From Dicyema japonicum (lineage: Eukaryota > Animalia > Dicyemida), in the NCBI GenBank assembly GCA_011109175.1, contig RDEW01000020.1:614514-678513 (forward strand): a stretch of 64,000 nucleotides of DNA, given 5' to 3'. This document shows, piece after piece, positions 1 through 12,329 of this stretch. The notes under the pieces are model-generated. The model was not told the origin of the DNA. It searched no databases and worked only from the letters and a program-made list of their open reading frames with translations. The position numbers were made by a program, and so were the translations under genes. How positions within the stretch are numbered: position 1 is the first letter of the stretch; every line of letters begins with the position of its first letter.

Positions 1-115
1 ATTCCCCTTTTGGAATATCATTAAAGATTGCAAACTCGAAACAAAACAGCACTCACTGACACCGGGATCACTTAATTAGACGATAACTTTTTCCTGTGTT
101 CCCGGGTTATAATAA
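1..115 (+). mobile_element. 3' end of an I/Jockey-group-like LINE (last codons, 3' stem-loop, TAA tail)
   Basis: Homologous to the minus-strand copy at 25780-25910 (shared CACTGACACCGG(G/A)ATCAC...GTGTT(C/T)CCGG GTTATAATAA). Arms are at 62-71 and 96-105. Confidence 0.65.
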
Positions 116-129
116 TCAAATTATTAATA

Positions 130-1412
130 ATTGTGTGGAAACTCATAATTTCTATAACTAGTATTATCTCCCTAACATTATCAAAACTTTTTTAAAAACT
201 TGTAGTCCGGACCTCCCACAAGCGGATTTTCAACACTGTTTTCGTCCTGGAAAATCCACCACCATTTTAACCACACTATCCTAATTCATAGTCGATGGAT
301 TTAATACCACCCCACCACACATGCGAACTACAATGGTATCAATATAAACAAAGCTTTCGACACAGTCCCAGAGAAGCTTCTAATTGGGAAGATTTTTAAT
401 TTGAAAGTTTGTCCGAACCTAAAGCTGTGGTTGGCCAACCTTCTCTCCGGACGACGTGGGAGAGTCGTCTGCGAGCATCTTAGATCGAGATCACTACTAC
501 TACCTTACGGACTACCCAAAGGTTCTCCGCTTTCTCCGACCCTTTTCAGTCTTTTCCTCCAAGACCTAACAAATTACGAGGACGAAAATTTTGTGTTATT
601 ATCCTACGCAGACGATTTAATAATTGCAACACGCAATCGATCCACGCGAGTTGTATCCTCTAATGCCCAGGCGAGAGTGAACACTATGATTGGTTGACTG
701 ATAACCGACTAACTATTTCTACCGAAAAGATAATATGTACGCTTATCACTTCAGACCGTCGATTAAAAAAAGATCCAAGAATTTCCATTGGTCCTGTAGA
801 GATACCAGTAACAAGGTCTCCTTCAATTCCTGGAGTAATGTTCGACGGGCTATTGAATTTCAACTCACATGCGAGGAAATTCCTCACTAAAGGTGCAGAA
901 GTTGAATGTTGTACGCGCGCTTGTCCGGTAGACTCCTTTGAATTTGGATGCTTCTGCTGCAACTATCTACCGACAAACTATCACCCCAGCTGTGGAGGAT
1001 GCCTCTGTTGCACGGAGATTAGCGTTATCAGAGACTACGCTTCACAGAATCAATTCAATATACCGGAAAACTATATTTATGATGGGCCCTCATTCTGGAT
1101 CAATGGTTAATCCCTTACTCGCGGAAGCTACGACCCGTAGTCAGGGAACCGGATTCCTTCAAGTCTGTACGGAGGAAGGAAACCCACTTAGCTTGTCCTT
1201 TTCCAATACAAAAGAAAGTCGATTGTTTAGAAAGTTCCCCTCCCCAATCGGATTCCTCTGCAAGGATGAGAGAAGGCTCTTTCGAACGGTAATGGGAACA
1301 ATGGGAGACCACAGACTCTGGATAGCTTGTTTGATCGGGAACTGGGATTAACTAACTTCCTGAAGTTGTTCTGTCTTTCTTTCTCGGTGATTTCTGGGTT
1401 TCTAAATAAATA
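130..1412 (+). mobile_element. Degenerate non-LTR retrotransposon RT and C-terminus (I/Jockey-group-like), frameshifted
   Basis: RT motifs KAFDTV (~350), GLPKGSPLSPTLF and LSYADDLII. The 3' end 1245-1412 is homologous to 35573-35735. Confidence 0.8.
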
Positions 1413-2029
1413 TGTAAAGAATATACAATAAATGCGGGTATAAGCCAATAATCATGGAGGTAATGGAGTCTCATTGGAGTCTATTCGGGAATATTCTGAG
1501 GACGGAATTGGCATCCCCGACGAAAAGAGCCATAGAGGATTACTATCTTTGTTAAGAAGGTCATTTATGTCGAAGACCTAATATTGCCAGTCGTCCCTTC
1601 AAAAGAATCTGAAAAATATTAAAAAAACAACTCGAATCTCCGACGACCTGGAAATAACAGAGGAGCGTGGAATAGATTAACATTTAAAATTGATTTATTT
1701 GCTGAAAATGCGTGAAAGTACTGATAATAGTATTATTTGTATTTACTGACTCATATAAGTTAATAGTTAACTAATTAAGTGTAAATAGTTCACAGGGTCG
1801 TAGAAACAGGAATCTCCCAATATCACACACAACTCGATTCAGAACCATAGGAAAGGGAATAAAGTGTCCAGTAGTAAAAACTCCTCCAATGGAGTGGGAG
1901 AGAGCAAATGATTTTTAAGTGATACCTTATTCCTTGACGTCATCTGAGAAAGATGGATCAAATGACGCAATTTTAATAGAAAAGAGGAATAAAAGAAAAG
2001 GAAGAGAAACGTTCTACCGAGTAACCAGT

Positions 2030-2275
2030 ATGACATGGGCTGAAAGTTGATAACTATGATGAGGTTACAAGAGTTACTAATCATCTTATTTCAAGAGGCT
2101 CTGAACTCGGAGGTGACGTCGAAGAGGAACCAAGAGAAATAGCTGTCTTGTCTAGTGATTTGCTTTCTCAAGTAGTATACGAGGGGAACAGTGAGGGTGA
2201 TACAAAGGGCCAATCCCCAAAGAGGAGAATTCAGCTTGCATAGTGTTAATTACAATTGATTTTCTTTAATTTTAT
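2030..2275 (+). repeat. 3' end of an R4-like RLE retrotransposon (dispersed repeat)
   Basis: Near-identical to the reverse complement of ~53185-53425 (GLKVDNYDEVTRVT...FSLHSVNYN). Confidence 0.75.
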
Positions 2276-2371
2276 TAAAAATAATAATTAACCCAAGAAC
2301 ACCAATAGTTAATTTAATTACTAAATATTTATTTTATAAGGAAAAAGGAAAAAGAATAGTTAATTTTAATT

Positions 2372-2500
2372 CAGCTGTTGGGAGATGCACAAGCTATTCC
2401 CACGGACAACAGCCAACGAGAGCCTCTCCTTGAGCCATCTCGTCTCACGAAGATCACCAGTTTTGTCAGTTAGCAGTTTTCCCAAATGGTTCAGGAACTT
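2372..2500 (-). mobile_element. CRE-type retrotransposon C-terminal fragment
   Basis: Minus strand reads LGKLLTDKTGDLRETRWLKERLSLAVVRGNSLCI, matching the end of the ORF at 7297-7863. Confidence 0.75.
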
Positions 2501-2577
2501 CAGCGTTTTATTACTAAATTAGGTGAGTATTATAAAATGTTGATTATTAATAATAATAAATATTAATATCCATAGTA

Positions 2578-4395
2578 ATGGAATCAGTATTAAATCAGGA
2601 ATTAACAAGTCTATATAGTTATGATTATATTAATATATAGTGCCCAAGCAAATGAACAAAGTCCTCAGTAAAACAGAATACAGGGATTGTCTACTCAAAC
2701 AAATATCACAAAACAGAGAAAATAAAAAAAGGAATTAATATTATAATTATCACAGAGAAAGGGATTCACGAATGAGTCGCCATTACTGGCTCTGTGGATC
2801 CTGAGAAAGAGCCCACCAGACTAAGAAATTTGGGTGATCCCGTTGACTACTCTATACGAACAGTGAATCAAATAACTGGTAAACCTGGAGAACTAAGTTT
2901 ACTCAAACAACCACTATATGGACAAAAATCAAATATTATGGAAGTAGAATCATTAAAAATTGATGCAATTGATCCACCAAAATACCAAATAGCAAACCAA
3001 GGGGACGAAATTGTTAATTCACTGTCTTCGATTCTCCACAGACCTCACAGAATTACTGGATTTGAGCAATCACTGTATATGTGTCATTAATAGTAGAACA
3101 CCAATCATTTGTGGAGTAACCCAAGAAGTACCAAAAGTGAGTGTTCCAATCCAATCAAGTCCTCAGGCAAACTTGCAATTGTAATATTTAATAATATATT
3201 TAGATCGACTAATAATTCATATGATAGACATAAATATACAACAGCCTTAATAAATCAGGTTATTTAGTGGGAGTATGTTAGATTAAAGATAATAATGAAC
3301 GAAAGAGACTTCAAATGGAGAATGAAATTAGGTTATAGGAATTTATTACATATTAGACAAGATGTTCTAACACAAATTGAATTTGATAAGAATAGTCCTT
3401 GGGGGAGGGAGGGGGCTGGAGCTCCTGTGAAGGATAAACTTCAAAGTAATGATGGTTATATAATTAGACATACTTACCACAACCAGTGTACAAAATATAC
3501 CTCCACAAAAGCCACCAGTCCAAACTAATGCATATGGAGAAGTTACATTCGCTAGAGGAGGTCATTCTATATTTGGAACCCCAAAGGTTGGCTTACTATT
3601 TGATTTCAGACTGACCTGGAAAAGCTAACAGCCAAAAGATACCGAAATGAGTTGGAGAAACAGGTATGCTTGTAATCAAAATGAGGATTGCTGATCAAAG
3701 GACAGCGAAAAAGGTAGAAATGGAAAGACTGAAAGCTGAAGAGGAAAGAGAAATTAGACGAATGAAGGAATACAACGAACAAATATGGCATAGGGAAGAA
3801 GAGGAACGTAAAATCAAAACAGAGAAAGTGTCATTTACTTTAACATTCAGGAACGAGCACGTGTTGAGGGAATTCAACAACAATTGGAGATGAAACGACA
3901 TGCATTGGAAGATAGAAAAAAGTCAGTATACCTATCAGACCGGATTCCAGCAGGAGAAAGGGTACGTGTTCAACCGAGGAGTGAGAAGCTAGTCGTAGTG
4001 GAGCGTGAAAAACGTAATAATGATATAATTGTTAGAGAATAAATTATTGTCTAGATTGGAAGAATTTAGAAAGAGACTGAATGGAAAGAAGAGAGAAATA
4101 GAAAGTAACAAGAAAGAAGAATATACGGAAGGGGCGGATGTATTGTGGAAGGGTTCGAATACAACACTGACAAATGAGAAAGATTACGAAATTTTATCAG
4201 ATTTTTGGAAAATATCCGAATCGACAGGTGATATGAGTGAAGTAATGGAGGTGAGTTAGTTTGGTTAATTACTTAGAATAGATAGATGAGATACCAAATA
4301 AAGGATTGGTTAAACAAATGAAGAGTTTGAGACATAAAAGTAATGATTGATTAATAATTGTAGTATTGGATATGGAATATGATAATAAATTATAG
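2578..4395 (+). CDS. CSPP1: Centrosome and spindle pole-associated protein 1-like (CSPP1/CCDC66 family), ~13 tiny introns, three local anomalies
   Basis: Spliced translation gives SPWGREGAGAPVKD, TFARGGHSIFGTPKTDLEK and YRNELEKQIADQR...EEEREIRR, which match CSPP1 motifs (PWGKGGGGAPLRD, FARGNVFGEP). Introns are mostly 22-25 nt GT-AG. Anomalies at 2732, ~2773 and ~3686. The last exons are uncertain. Confidence 0.7.
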
Positions 4396-4646
4396 TTTAT
4401 TTTTTTATTATTTTAGTTATTTGAATGATAAACAAACTGATCAAGATTATTCATGGTTAAATCCTGCTAAATTTGACATTTAAATAACATTTCCTTATTC
4501 CCCCATCAGTGCCTAATAGATTAAGATTATTACATCAAACAGATAGGGAAGATCGATGCTCTTATTGACATTGAGAGCAATCACATGACTCCACAAATAA
4601 TCTATTATAAATCAATAATTTAATTTTAAATAATTATTATCTGTCA

Positions 4647-6444
4647 GTGAAATTGAAAAGTACGGAACGCAAATGTTTCGACCAGTTCGCCTTTTGCAGA
4701 GGGAGTTTAACCTACGAATATTTGTATTCACGACAGTCAAGGAATAAATGTATTGGATAATAAAGAAAACACTGAGATTATTGCCGAACATTTTTCAAGA
4801 CTTTTGAATGAAAATGAAACCCCATATGTAGAGCTATTTGAGAAATCACCAAGAAGCCTGAATCTACCGATATCTACAGAGGAAACTCATCTGGCAATCA
4901 TTAAATTAAACAACAACAGGCAGCGAGACCGGACAACATACATGGAGAAATGATCAAGTATGCACCAGGCGAACTGACAACCCTCATTACAAAGATTTTC
5001 AATAAGGTATTTGAGACGCATTCCCCCTTGAAACTTGGTGATGGAATTTTGATTCCTCTGCATAAACCAGAAAAGAGCAAGGGACCGAAAAAAAATCTAA
5101 GACCTGTGATATTACTGGGATCATTGAGGAAGATACTATCTCTGATAACCCTTAGTCGGATATCTTCTGATATTTATGAATTTTTGTCGCCGTACAGAGT
5201 AGGTTCAGAAAGGGACGCTCGACCGCAGATGCTGTTTGGTCCCACAGGTAGATATGTGCCACGTGTCAACGATACAGGAGTGATTTTAAGATTTTGGGAG
5301 TGGACATGTCCAGTGCGTTTGACATTCTCAACAGAAAAACATTGTTGGACGTTGCTGGGAGTTTTCTTGATGAGGATAACATAAGACTTGTCCGTTTCCT
5401 ATTATCAAACACTGAATTAACTTTATAAGTTGGGAACACAACATCGAAGCCTATTCGGACAACATTGGAATACTCAGGAGACTCTCTATCTCCGGTTCTA
5501 TTCGTCGTATACCTGGAAGCGGCATTGAGAGCTCTTATAACAAAATGTGAAGGATGCATGCCGATGGAGATTATATATGCAGATGACATAGATTTTGTGT
5601 CAGAAAATGATCTGGAACTTGGACTTGCTTTAGAGAAAATCCCTGGAGAATTTAAGAATTGGTCTGCGAGTTAATCAGGAAAAGACTGAACACATAGGAA
5701 TCACAAGGGAAATAAAATATATTGATGAAAATTGGAGGAAAAAAAGGAAATTGGGATCTTTTCTTGGTGATAGTGAGGACATGATGTATAGAAGCCACTG
5801 CCATGTATAAGAAAATGCAGAAGATATGGAGTCGACTAAAACTAATAAAAACAAATCTAAGAATAAGACCTACAACGCATATATAAAGCCTGTGCTTATG
5901 TACAACTCGGGTACATGGAGGGTCACAAAGTTAGAGCTTAAGAAAATGTATATATTTCATCGAAAACAATTACGCAATTTAATGGGCCTAGGTTGGCACA
6001 AGAAGATTTCAAATAAGAAATTATGCTCTGTGGCACAATCGAAGCCAATAAGCATCGACAATATTGAATCAAGATAGAGACTGTTTGGGCACGTGCTTAG
6101 AATGGACATAAACGCCCCTGCAAATATAATAATGGACAATTACTTTAACAATGAGAACAAACCATCATTCAGAGAAGACCCAGTCGCGGGATAATAAAGT
6201 TAAAATTTCAGTTAATTGTACTTTATTTAAAAATCACTCTACCCGTGGCTCTGAACAAGGATCTTAATGGAATTGGAAGAAAACTTAAATCTGCAGAAGA
6301 CCTAGAAGATCTAAGGACAGATGCACAAAGCAGAGGGCGATGGAGATGCCTAGTGAAGCAGATTTTGAAACGTGTGGCACAAACGAGACCTTAGTTAATA
6401 TAACGTTTATTGGTTTTGTGAAAGTGCTTTTAATAATAATAATC
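4647..6444 (+). mobile_element. 5'-truncated RTE-clade LINE with 12-bp TSD
   Basis: RT motifs NLRPVILL, DMSSAFD, GDSLSPVLF, YADD and LFGHVLRMD. Ends AAAGTGCTTT(TAA)n. Flanked by TATTATCTGTCA at 4635-4646 and 6445-6456. Contains a ~50-nt insertion at ~6183-6232. Confidence 0.9.
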
Positions 6445-6559
6445 TATTATCTGTCATAATAATTTGTTTTGACACAACTTAACATACACCATTGCCCTCC
6501 ATAGCCACTTTTAGTGAAGTATCAGTGTTTATTCTCCCATTATCACTAAACAGATTATA

Positions 6560-7905
6560 ATTCTTCTGTTTATCAAGGAGTCTTTTAACGAACTGCTTCC
6601 TGGGATCCCGACTGTGTTAGTTGATAAATTGTATTTCCTCGGATGCCCACTCAGCGAAGAAGAACTCAAGAACCATCTACTTTCAAAAATGAAGAATTAA
6701 CACACCTTGCGAAATGATTGTTATGTCTCGACTCTCATACATCCTTCTTCCTAATGAGAAACAACATCGGACTACCCAAGCTTTTATATCTACTCCGATG
6801 TTCACCCTGCTACGAACATACGACAGTCTACTTTCAATAGACAAATCTCTCAAACAAACTGTTGAGTCACTAATTAACGTCCGCTTCGACGAACTTGTTG
6901 GAAGCAATGTAAGCTTCCCTCTGGATTTGGGGGTGTTGGTATAAAATTGGCGCTGGAGGTTATCGTCTCTCTCAAGCTGCAGCCATTTGACACGGCAAGT
7001 CCTTCATAACACTATTGGACTTCGCTGGAATGAGTCATTTGACGAAGCTTGTAGGAAATGGAACGGTCCGGACTCAAAATCCCGGAGACACAACAAAGCA
7101 AAGTAATTGGATAACATTGTCTGCTCCAAAATTTTGAAAGACTTAAAAAAGAAGCAAATCAACATCGTCTGGCTTGTTTGGTGTCAGCTTCAAGTGGAGG
7201 GAGTGGAGCATGGCTTGGTGCAATACCTTGCCCAAACCTCGGGACCTTTTTGGACGACGATTTTTTGAGGATTAATCGGACAAAGGCTGGGACTAGATGT
7301 TTGCCAGGGCACCGATGCCGATGCGGAAAACAGTCGATGCGAAGGGATTGCACCCGCTGTCCTGCAGAAGAAACGCCGGAAGAGGACCACGTCATGCTGC
7401 TCTGAACGATGTGATCGTCAGAGCTCTAAAGGCTACAGGCTTCCCAGCACAGCTTGAACCAGTAGGTCTTGATCGAGGAGATGGAAAGAGACCTGACGGG
7501 ATGACCTTTTTCCCCTTCACGTCTGGAAGATTTTTAGTCTGGGACGCAACTTGTGTAGACACGTTCTCAAGCACGAATATGTTTAAATCGGTTCAGACAC
7601 CTGGAGCAGCTGCTTCGACTGCGGAGAATCTAAAAATCAAGAAATTTTCTTGCCTCGGGGACCGCTACCGATTTACTCCTGTTGCGACCGAATTATCGGG
7701 AACCGTTGATCCAATGACGGCTGAGTTCTTGCAAGAACTCGGAGAAATGCTTGCCAGAAAGAAAAGGGATCAACGAGAAAGGTTATGGCTGAGACAAAAG
7801 ATTGGAATGGCCATACTCCGAGGGAACTCGCTCGCAATCCACGCAGCAGGCTTTTTCAACTGACATTTGTTTAAAAAATTATTTTGTTTTAAAAAAATAA
7901 ATAAA
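6560..7905 (+). mobile_element. CRE-type RLE non-LTR retrotransposon, 3' half
   Basis: SGAWL..PCPNLGT, zinc knuckle HRCRCG...GLHPLSC...RHAALND, and RLE motif KRPDGMT..LVWDATCVDT...AENLKIKKF. A-rich tail. Confidence 0.85.
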
Positions 7906-8449
7906 TGCTCAACTGGTCGGAAGGTAGAGGAGACACCTCTATTCACACAATGTCTACTTGGTTTCGTTATGGATGAAGGTCCTTATCTTTTTTTTCTTCT
8001 CTTGAGGTTGAGATGACGGAGTCAGATGTCAAAACCCGAGGTTATAAACATAGGAAGAAGGCTTCGAATATTATTAAAGTTAAAATCTCCTTTAACCCAA
8101 AATTGTAAGAATTTAGCCAGTTTGTACTAATTTGAGTGATGTAAAATAAAGTTAATAATACAGACTTTAAACACACACATTTATAAATTATACATCACAC
8201 GAACATTGGAGTATCAAAAGTCCTGAATATTGGTACCATAAGATAACTTCTCTGAAAACACACTATATGGTAGAATAATTATTAAAATCCCATCAAGAAA
8301 GAAGGTATTCAAGACAATTACTTGATCGATAAATTTTTCAAGATTTTCTCGTTCCGTATTTTTGAATGTCCTTTTTTGGCTAACTTCAATTTTTAATGAT
8401 TTGTCTGGAAAATGAATGGACATGAGTCCCATGCTTATGAAATGGATGG

Positions 8450-8900
8450 GTCAATATGCAGAAGAAAGTTTATTGTTAAAAATAACATTACATAGAATCA
8501 TACACATTCTATACGTGCTCTGGTGAAATGAATTGACAATCTTTTCCACCCTCCTCTGTTTGATGGCAGATTCTTCAAGACACAAAGGTCTTAGTCGTCT
8601 TTTAGCGTTTTCCTTATTATGAATTTTTGGAATCTTCGCCGTCCACGAAATCCTTCTCCAGATGCTGCGAAGTGTTCCTCCATGATGACATTTGCTATCC
8701 ATTCTTAAAGTATGGCCAAAAATATTCCACTGTATTATGAATACCATAAAGCATCTTTCATATAACGTTCCATTCCTTATCATAGGAGAGACTGAAATTG
8801 TCTTATGTGAAATCAGCGCCTTCTCTCAGTTTTTAGATTCCCCATGTGCTCGAATTACAATGAGTCCCCTTCGAACTCCGACTATGCTATTATAGTAGGA
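8450..8900 (-). mobile_element. RTE-clade LINE 3' remnant
   Basis: Minus strand WNIFGHTLRMD motif, as in 16288-17151. Confidence 0.65.
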
Positions 8901-9354
8901 ACCAAATGTCAATTATACTAAAAAAGTTCCCACATGTGGCTCATCTAGTCCACACTTGACTTTCCCTCTGACATTAAATGATGGAAGGGTAAAATCTTGT
9001 GATAGACTCATATGTGATTAGGACTTATGCACCATTATTATTACCCCAGGATCACTGGGTTAAAAAGAAAGAAATAAAAGTTCTCATCTAACTAAGTGAT
9101 CCCAGACCGACAAAGGAGAGAACAAGTCTGGCGGGGTCGAAAATCCTGATCAGCTCTTCTCATTGGACATGACATCGGCTCAAAATTTCTGTATGATTGC
9201 AGATAATTCGATAGTGTATGGAATAGAGTATGCACCAACTCAACCAAAAAACATAAAAATAAGTCTCCTTTTAATTTTTTATTTACAAGAAAATCTGTAT
9301 GATTATATTATTTTAAATAAAAACAATAAATTTTAAATTAAAAATAATATAAGA

Positions 9355-9361
9355 ACGTGTT
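9355..9361 (+). promoter_or_regulatory. ACGTGTT motif abutting the RPS23 ATG
   Basis: The same heptamer precedes the TMED10 and G3BP-like ATGs, within very AT-rich upstream DNA. Confidence 0.5.
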
Positions 9362-9840
9362 ATGGGTGTTGTTTGTGGTTATAAATAGGGAAACCAAGAG
9401 GAATATTGACTGGAAGGAAATTAAAGTCAATAAGAAGAACACAAAAATGGAATGATCTGTCATATAGAAGATCTCACTTGGGGACTCGTTGGAAGTGTAA
9501 CCCATTTGAAGGATCATCTCAGGCTAATGGAATTGTATTGAAGAAGATGTATTGATGTATTAACTATTGTAGAGGAGTGGAAGCTAAACAACCAAACTCA
9601 GCCCTTCGTAAATGTGTGAGAGTACAACTAATAAAGAATGGCAAACAAGTGATTGCCTTTGTTCCGGGGGATGGGTGTTTGAACTACATTGAGGAGAATG
9701 ATCAGGTCACATTGTCAGGATTTGGAAGAAAGGGACATGCTGTGGGGGATATTCCTGGAGTTAGATTCAAGGTTGTCAAGGTTAAGGATATATCTCTTCA
9801 TGCTCTCTATTCTGGTAAAAAGGAGAGGGCAGCTAATTAA
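9362..9840 (+). CDS. RPS23: 40S ribosomal protein S23 (uS12), 2 introns (9366-9388, 23 nt; 9549-9572, 24 nt)
   Basis: Spliced [13 protein letters not shown]...[41 protein letters not shown]...[13 protein letters not shown]. Confidence 0.97.
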
Positions 9841-11363
9841 CTTTGTTGTTTGAATTTTCATTTCTATTATTTGTCTCCTCTAATAGGTTATACCACTATG
9901 GTTGTGTGTTTTTTATATTATTGAGGGTATCCTCTAAATAATTATTACCCACATTTAAATGGACATATTATCCTTGATTACCTTTTTATTCTCTCGATCT
10001 AATTACTAATTATAGCTGTAACAGACTTACCGGGAGGGGTCTCATCCCCAAACTTATTTTGTTCAAGTTAATTGCCGACTTGCTAATAAATGAATTTTGT
10101 TAGCTCCATCTTAACTAGTTCATGACTGGTTATATCACAATTTGTCATCAGTGTCTATGTACAATACCCTTCAAATTATTTATTCATAATAGAAGGTTCA
10201 GAGGAGAACTCAAGATACTCCATGGCGGTATCCCCACTACAAGATATCTGTAGATCCTCGGCTTTATTCGCACTTTAGTCAAATGTGAAAAAGGAGACCT
10301 CTCCATCTGACCACCGTATTATCCTTACTCGTGTTCCCCCTAGAGGTTTGTCCTTTCCTTTTCGAAGATCTAAAAAATTAACTCAGAAGAGAAAACTTTG
10401 TACTTTAGGGATTGTGGAATACTGAAAAGTACGATTTCAGACCATGTGGTCTCTTACAACGGAGGCCTTTTGAGATAGAAGACTGATATTTGCATAGTGA
10501 TGCACAATTTAACTTGGTCTCGGATGGATATCAAAGATTAGTTATTAGAGAGATATAGTATGTGAAACTGGTGGAAGTATCTAAAATGAATCTTCATGAG
10601 AGTTTCAGAAACAGTAATACCAGAATACAGATTAAGTGAAGTCAATCTATTCATTATTGTGTTTTTGAATGATATTGTCAATTTCATTAATTTCAGATAT
10701 TTAATTCTTTGTTTACCAGAATGAAACGCAGTTGGAAGAGATAACAAATTAACTTTGTAATTGTGGAGTCTTGGAATTTTGTGTAAGCTTTGACTTTTTG
10801 ATTACAGCAGTGTCACTATTATTGAACAGGAAGGTGCGCATATCAATGCATTTTTGAGAAGTCTGTTGAGTACTAAGTTTAATGTCAACACACATGATTC
10901 AAGTAATTTGGGAACAGTTGTCTGGTATGGAGAGAGGTGGGTCTGTTGGCTACAAATGTAGACAGCATGTGTCATCGTCGAATTAAAGTATAGTTCTCAC
11001 GGTCACAGTGGACGCACCCTTTCTAAGTAGCATGTCCATCTATATCTGCCACTGTGAGAACCCCTCCAATGGAGAGAGGAGAGGGATCTTTTTGAATACC
11101 GCCCAAGCATTGGGCGTTTTCCTGAGAGAGATGAATTCCATAAATTCTCTAAGTAAATGTGAAGGCATAGAGATAAAAGGAATGCTTGTACCAAATAGGC
11201 AGCGGCATACCACACTATCAATCACGACACGAGTGACTACCATTGCGGCAGCTGGTCTTAATGATGATAAGAGTAAATAACTCTGAAATTGATGTGTGTT
11301 ATAAAGGTTATGAAGAATGTAATCCGAAACAAACGTGAATTAATTAATTAGTTGTTAGTAATA

Positions 11364-12262
11364 TTACTCCTGTTTGAGTTTCTTGCAATATTCCCTGTAA
11401 GGTCTGTCAGTAGCAAAGAGCCAATCCCACCAGACAAAGGTGGAAGAATAATTGCCAACAAAATTAGAATGGTGAAAGTCGTGGAACCTAACTCCAGCAT
11501 AGAATGGTAGAAGATTGAGTGGATTAAAGTAAGGAAAGTCATAGCCAGAATGTACATCAATGGCCTCAAGCATACGAATGATAGTCCATACCCAGACAAA
11601 GACGAGATGATTACCAAAGCATATAGTGCCTATGAATGTTCCAAACCCAAGGACTGTAATATATTATTAATGATACCAATAGTCTCGATTGGGTGGGCGT
11701 ATTCGGCTGTCATACTGAACGGAGTCTGAAAGTAGTGATGAATCTTATGAATGGCTTTGTAAAATATGGGGATTTCGTGGAATAGATAGTGGAAGAAATA
11801 ATGCCACGTGTCCTCAACCAAAGCAGCCACAAAAACTCTGAGCATAATATCACCCCACGTGGGCATACTATCCCAATCATATGGAATATCCATAAGCACA
11901 ATATAAGGATATACTCCCATCATTAGAGGAAGTTGTACAAAAAAGTGAGAGACCACCAAAAGTTTAATACATTCAAATTGTTTAGATTCATCCACCTACA
12001 ATCACAATATTACATTACTTGTTGTATTTTGTACTTTTTCATACATTTAAAGAACTGAAACATAAAGTAAGGAAAACATCCCACAATGTACATTATCTAT
12101 AATCAGTCATTAACATACTTCGTGAAGTAAAAGTGAACCAACAACAGTGACAATAAATAGAGAGTAATTCTCTATCATATATCTCCATGGAGTCGACATA
12201 AACTCAAATAGAGAATGATTACCATTATAATATCCATTTATATAATCACTCACTATTACCAT
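11364..12262 (-). CDS. MSMO1: Methylsterol monooxygenase (C-4 sterol methyl oxidase, ERG25 family), 3 introns of 22-23 nt
   Basis: His boxes EDTWHYFFH, HKIHH and HDFHH; also AEYAHPIE, DVHSGYDFP and GNYSSTFVWWDWLFATD. Frame is intact after splicing. Confidence 0.92.
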
Positions 12263-12329
12263 ACCTTTTTATTATTTATTTTTTTATTTGAAATTTTAGA
12301 TTTTTTTTATTAATGATTTTTTATTTATT

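Noticed and set aside
2523-2575. 53-nt GTGAGT...CATAG segment before the CSPP1-like ATG as a 5' intron
   Set aside because: No supportable upstream exon: a CRE fragment lies there and the segment resembles the AT-rich promoters of other genes.
2769-2780. GAATGAGTCG at frame breaks in both CSPP1-like and myosin (~56922-56931), suggesting a programmed frameshift motif
   Set aside because: The required shifts differ between the two sites and the other indel sites lack the motif; with n=2 it is treated as coincidence.
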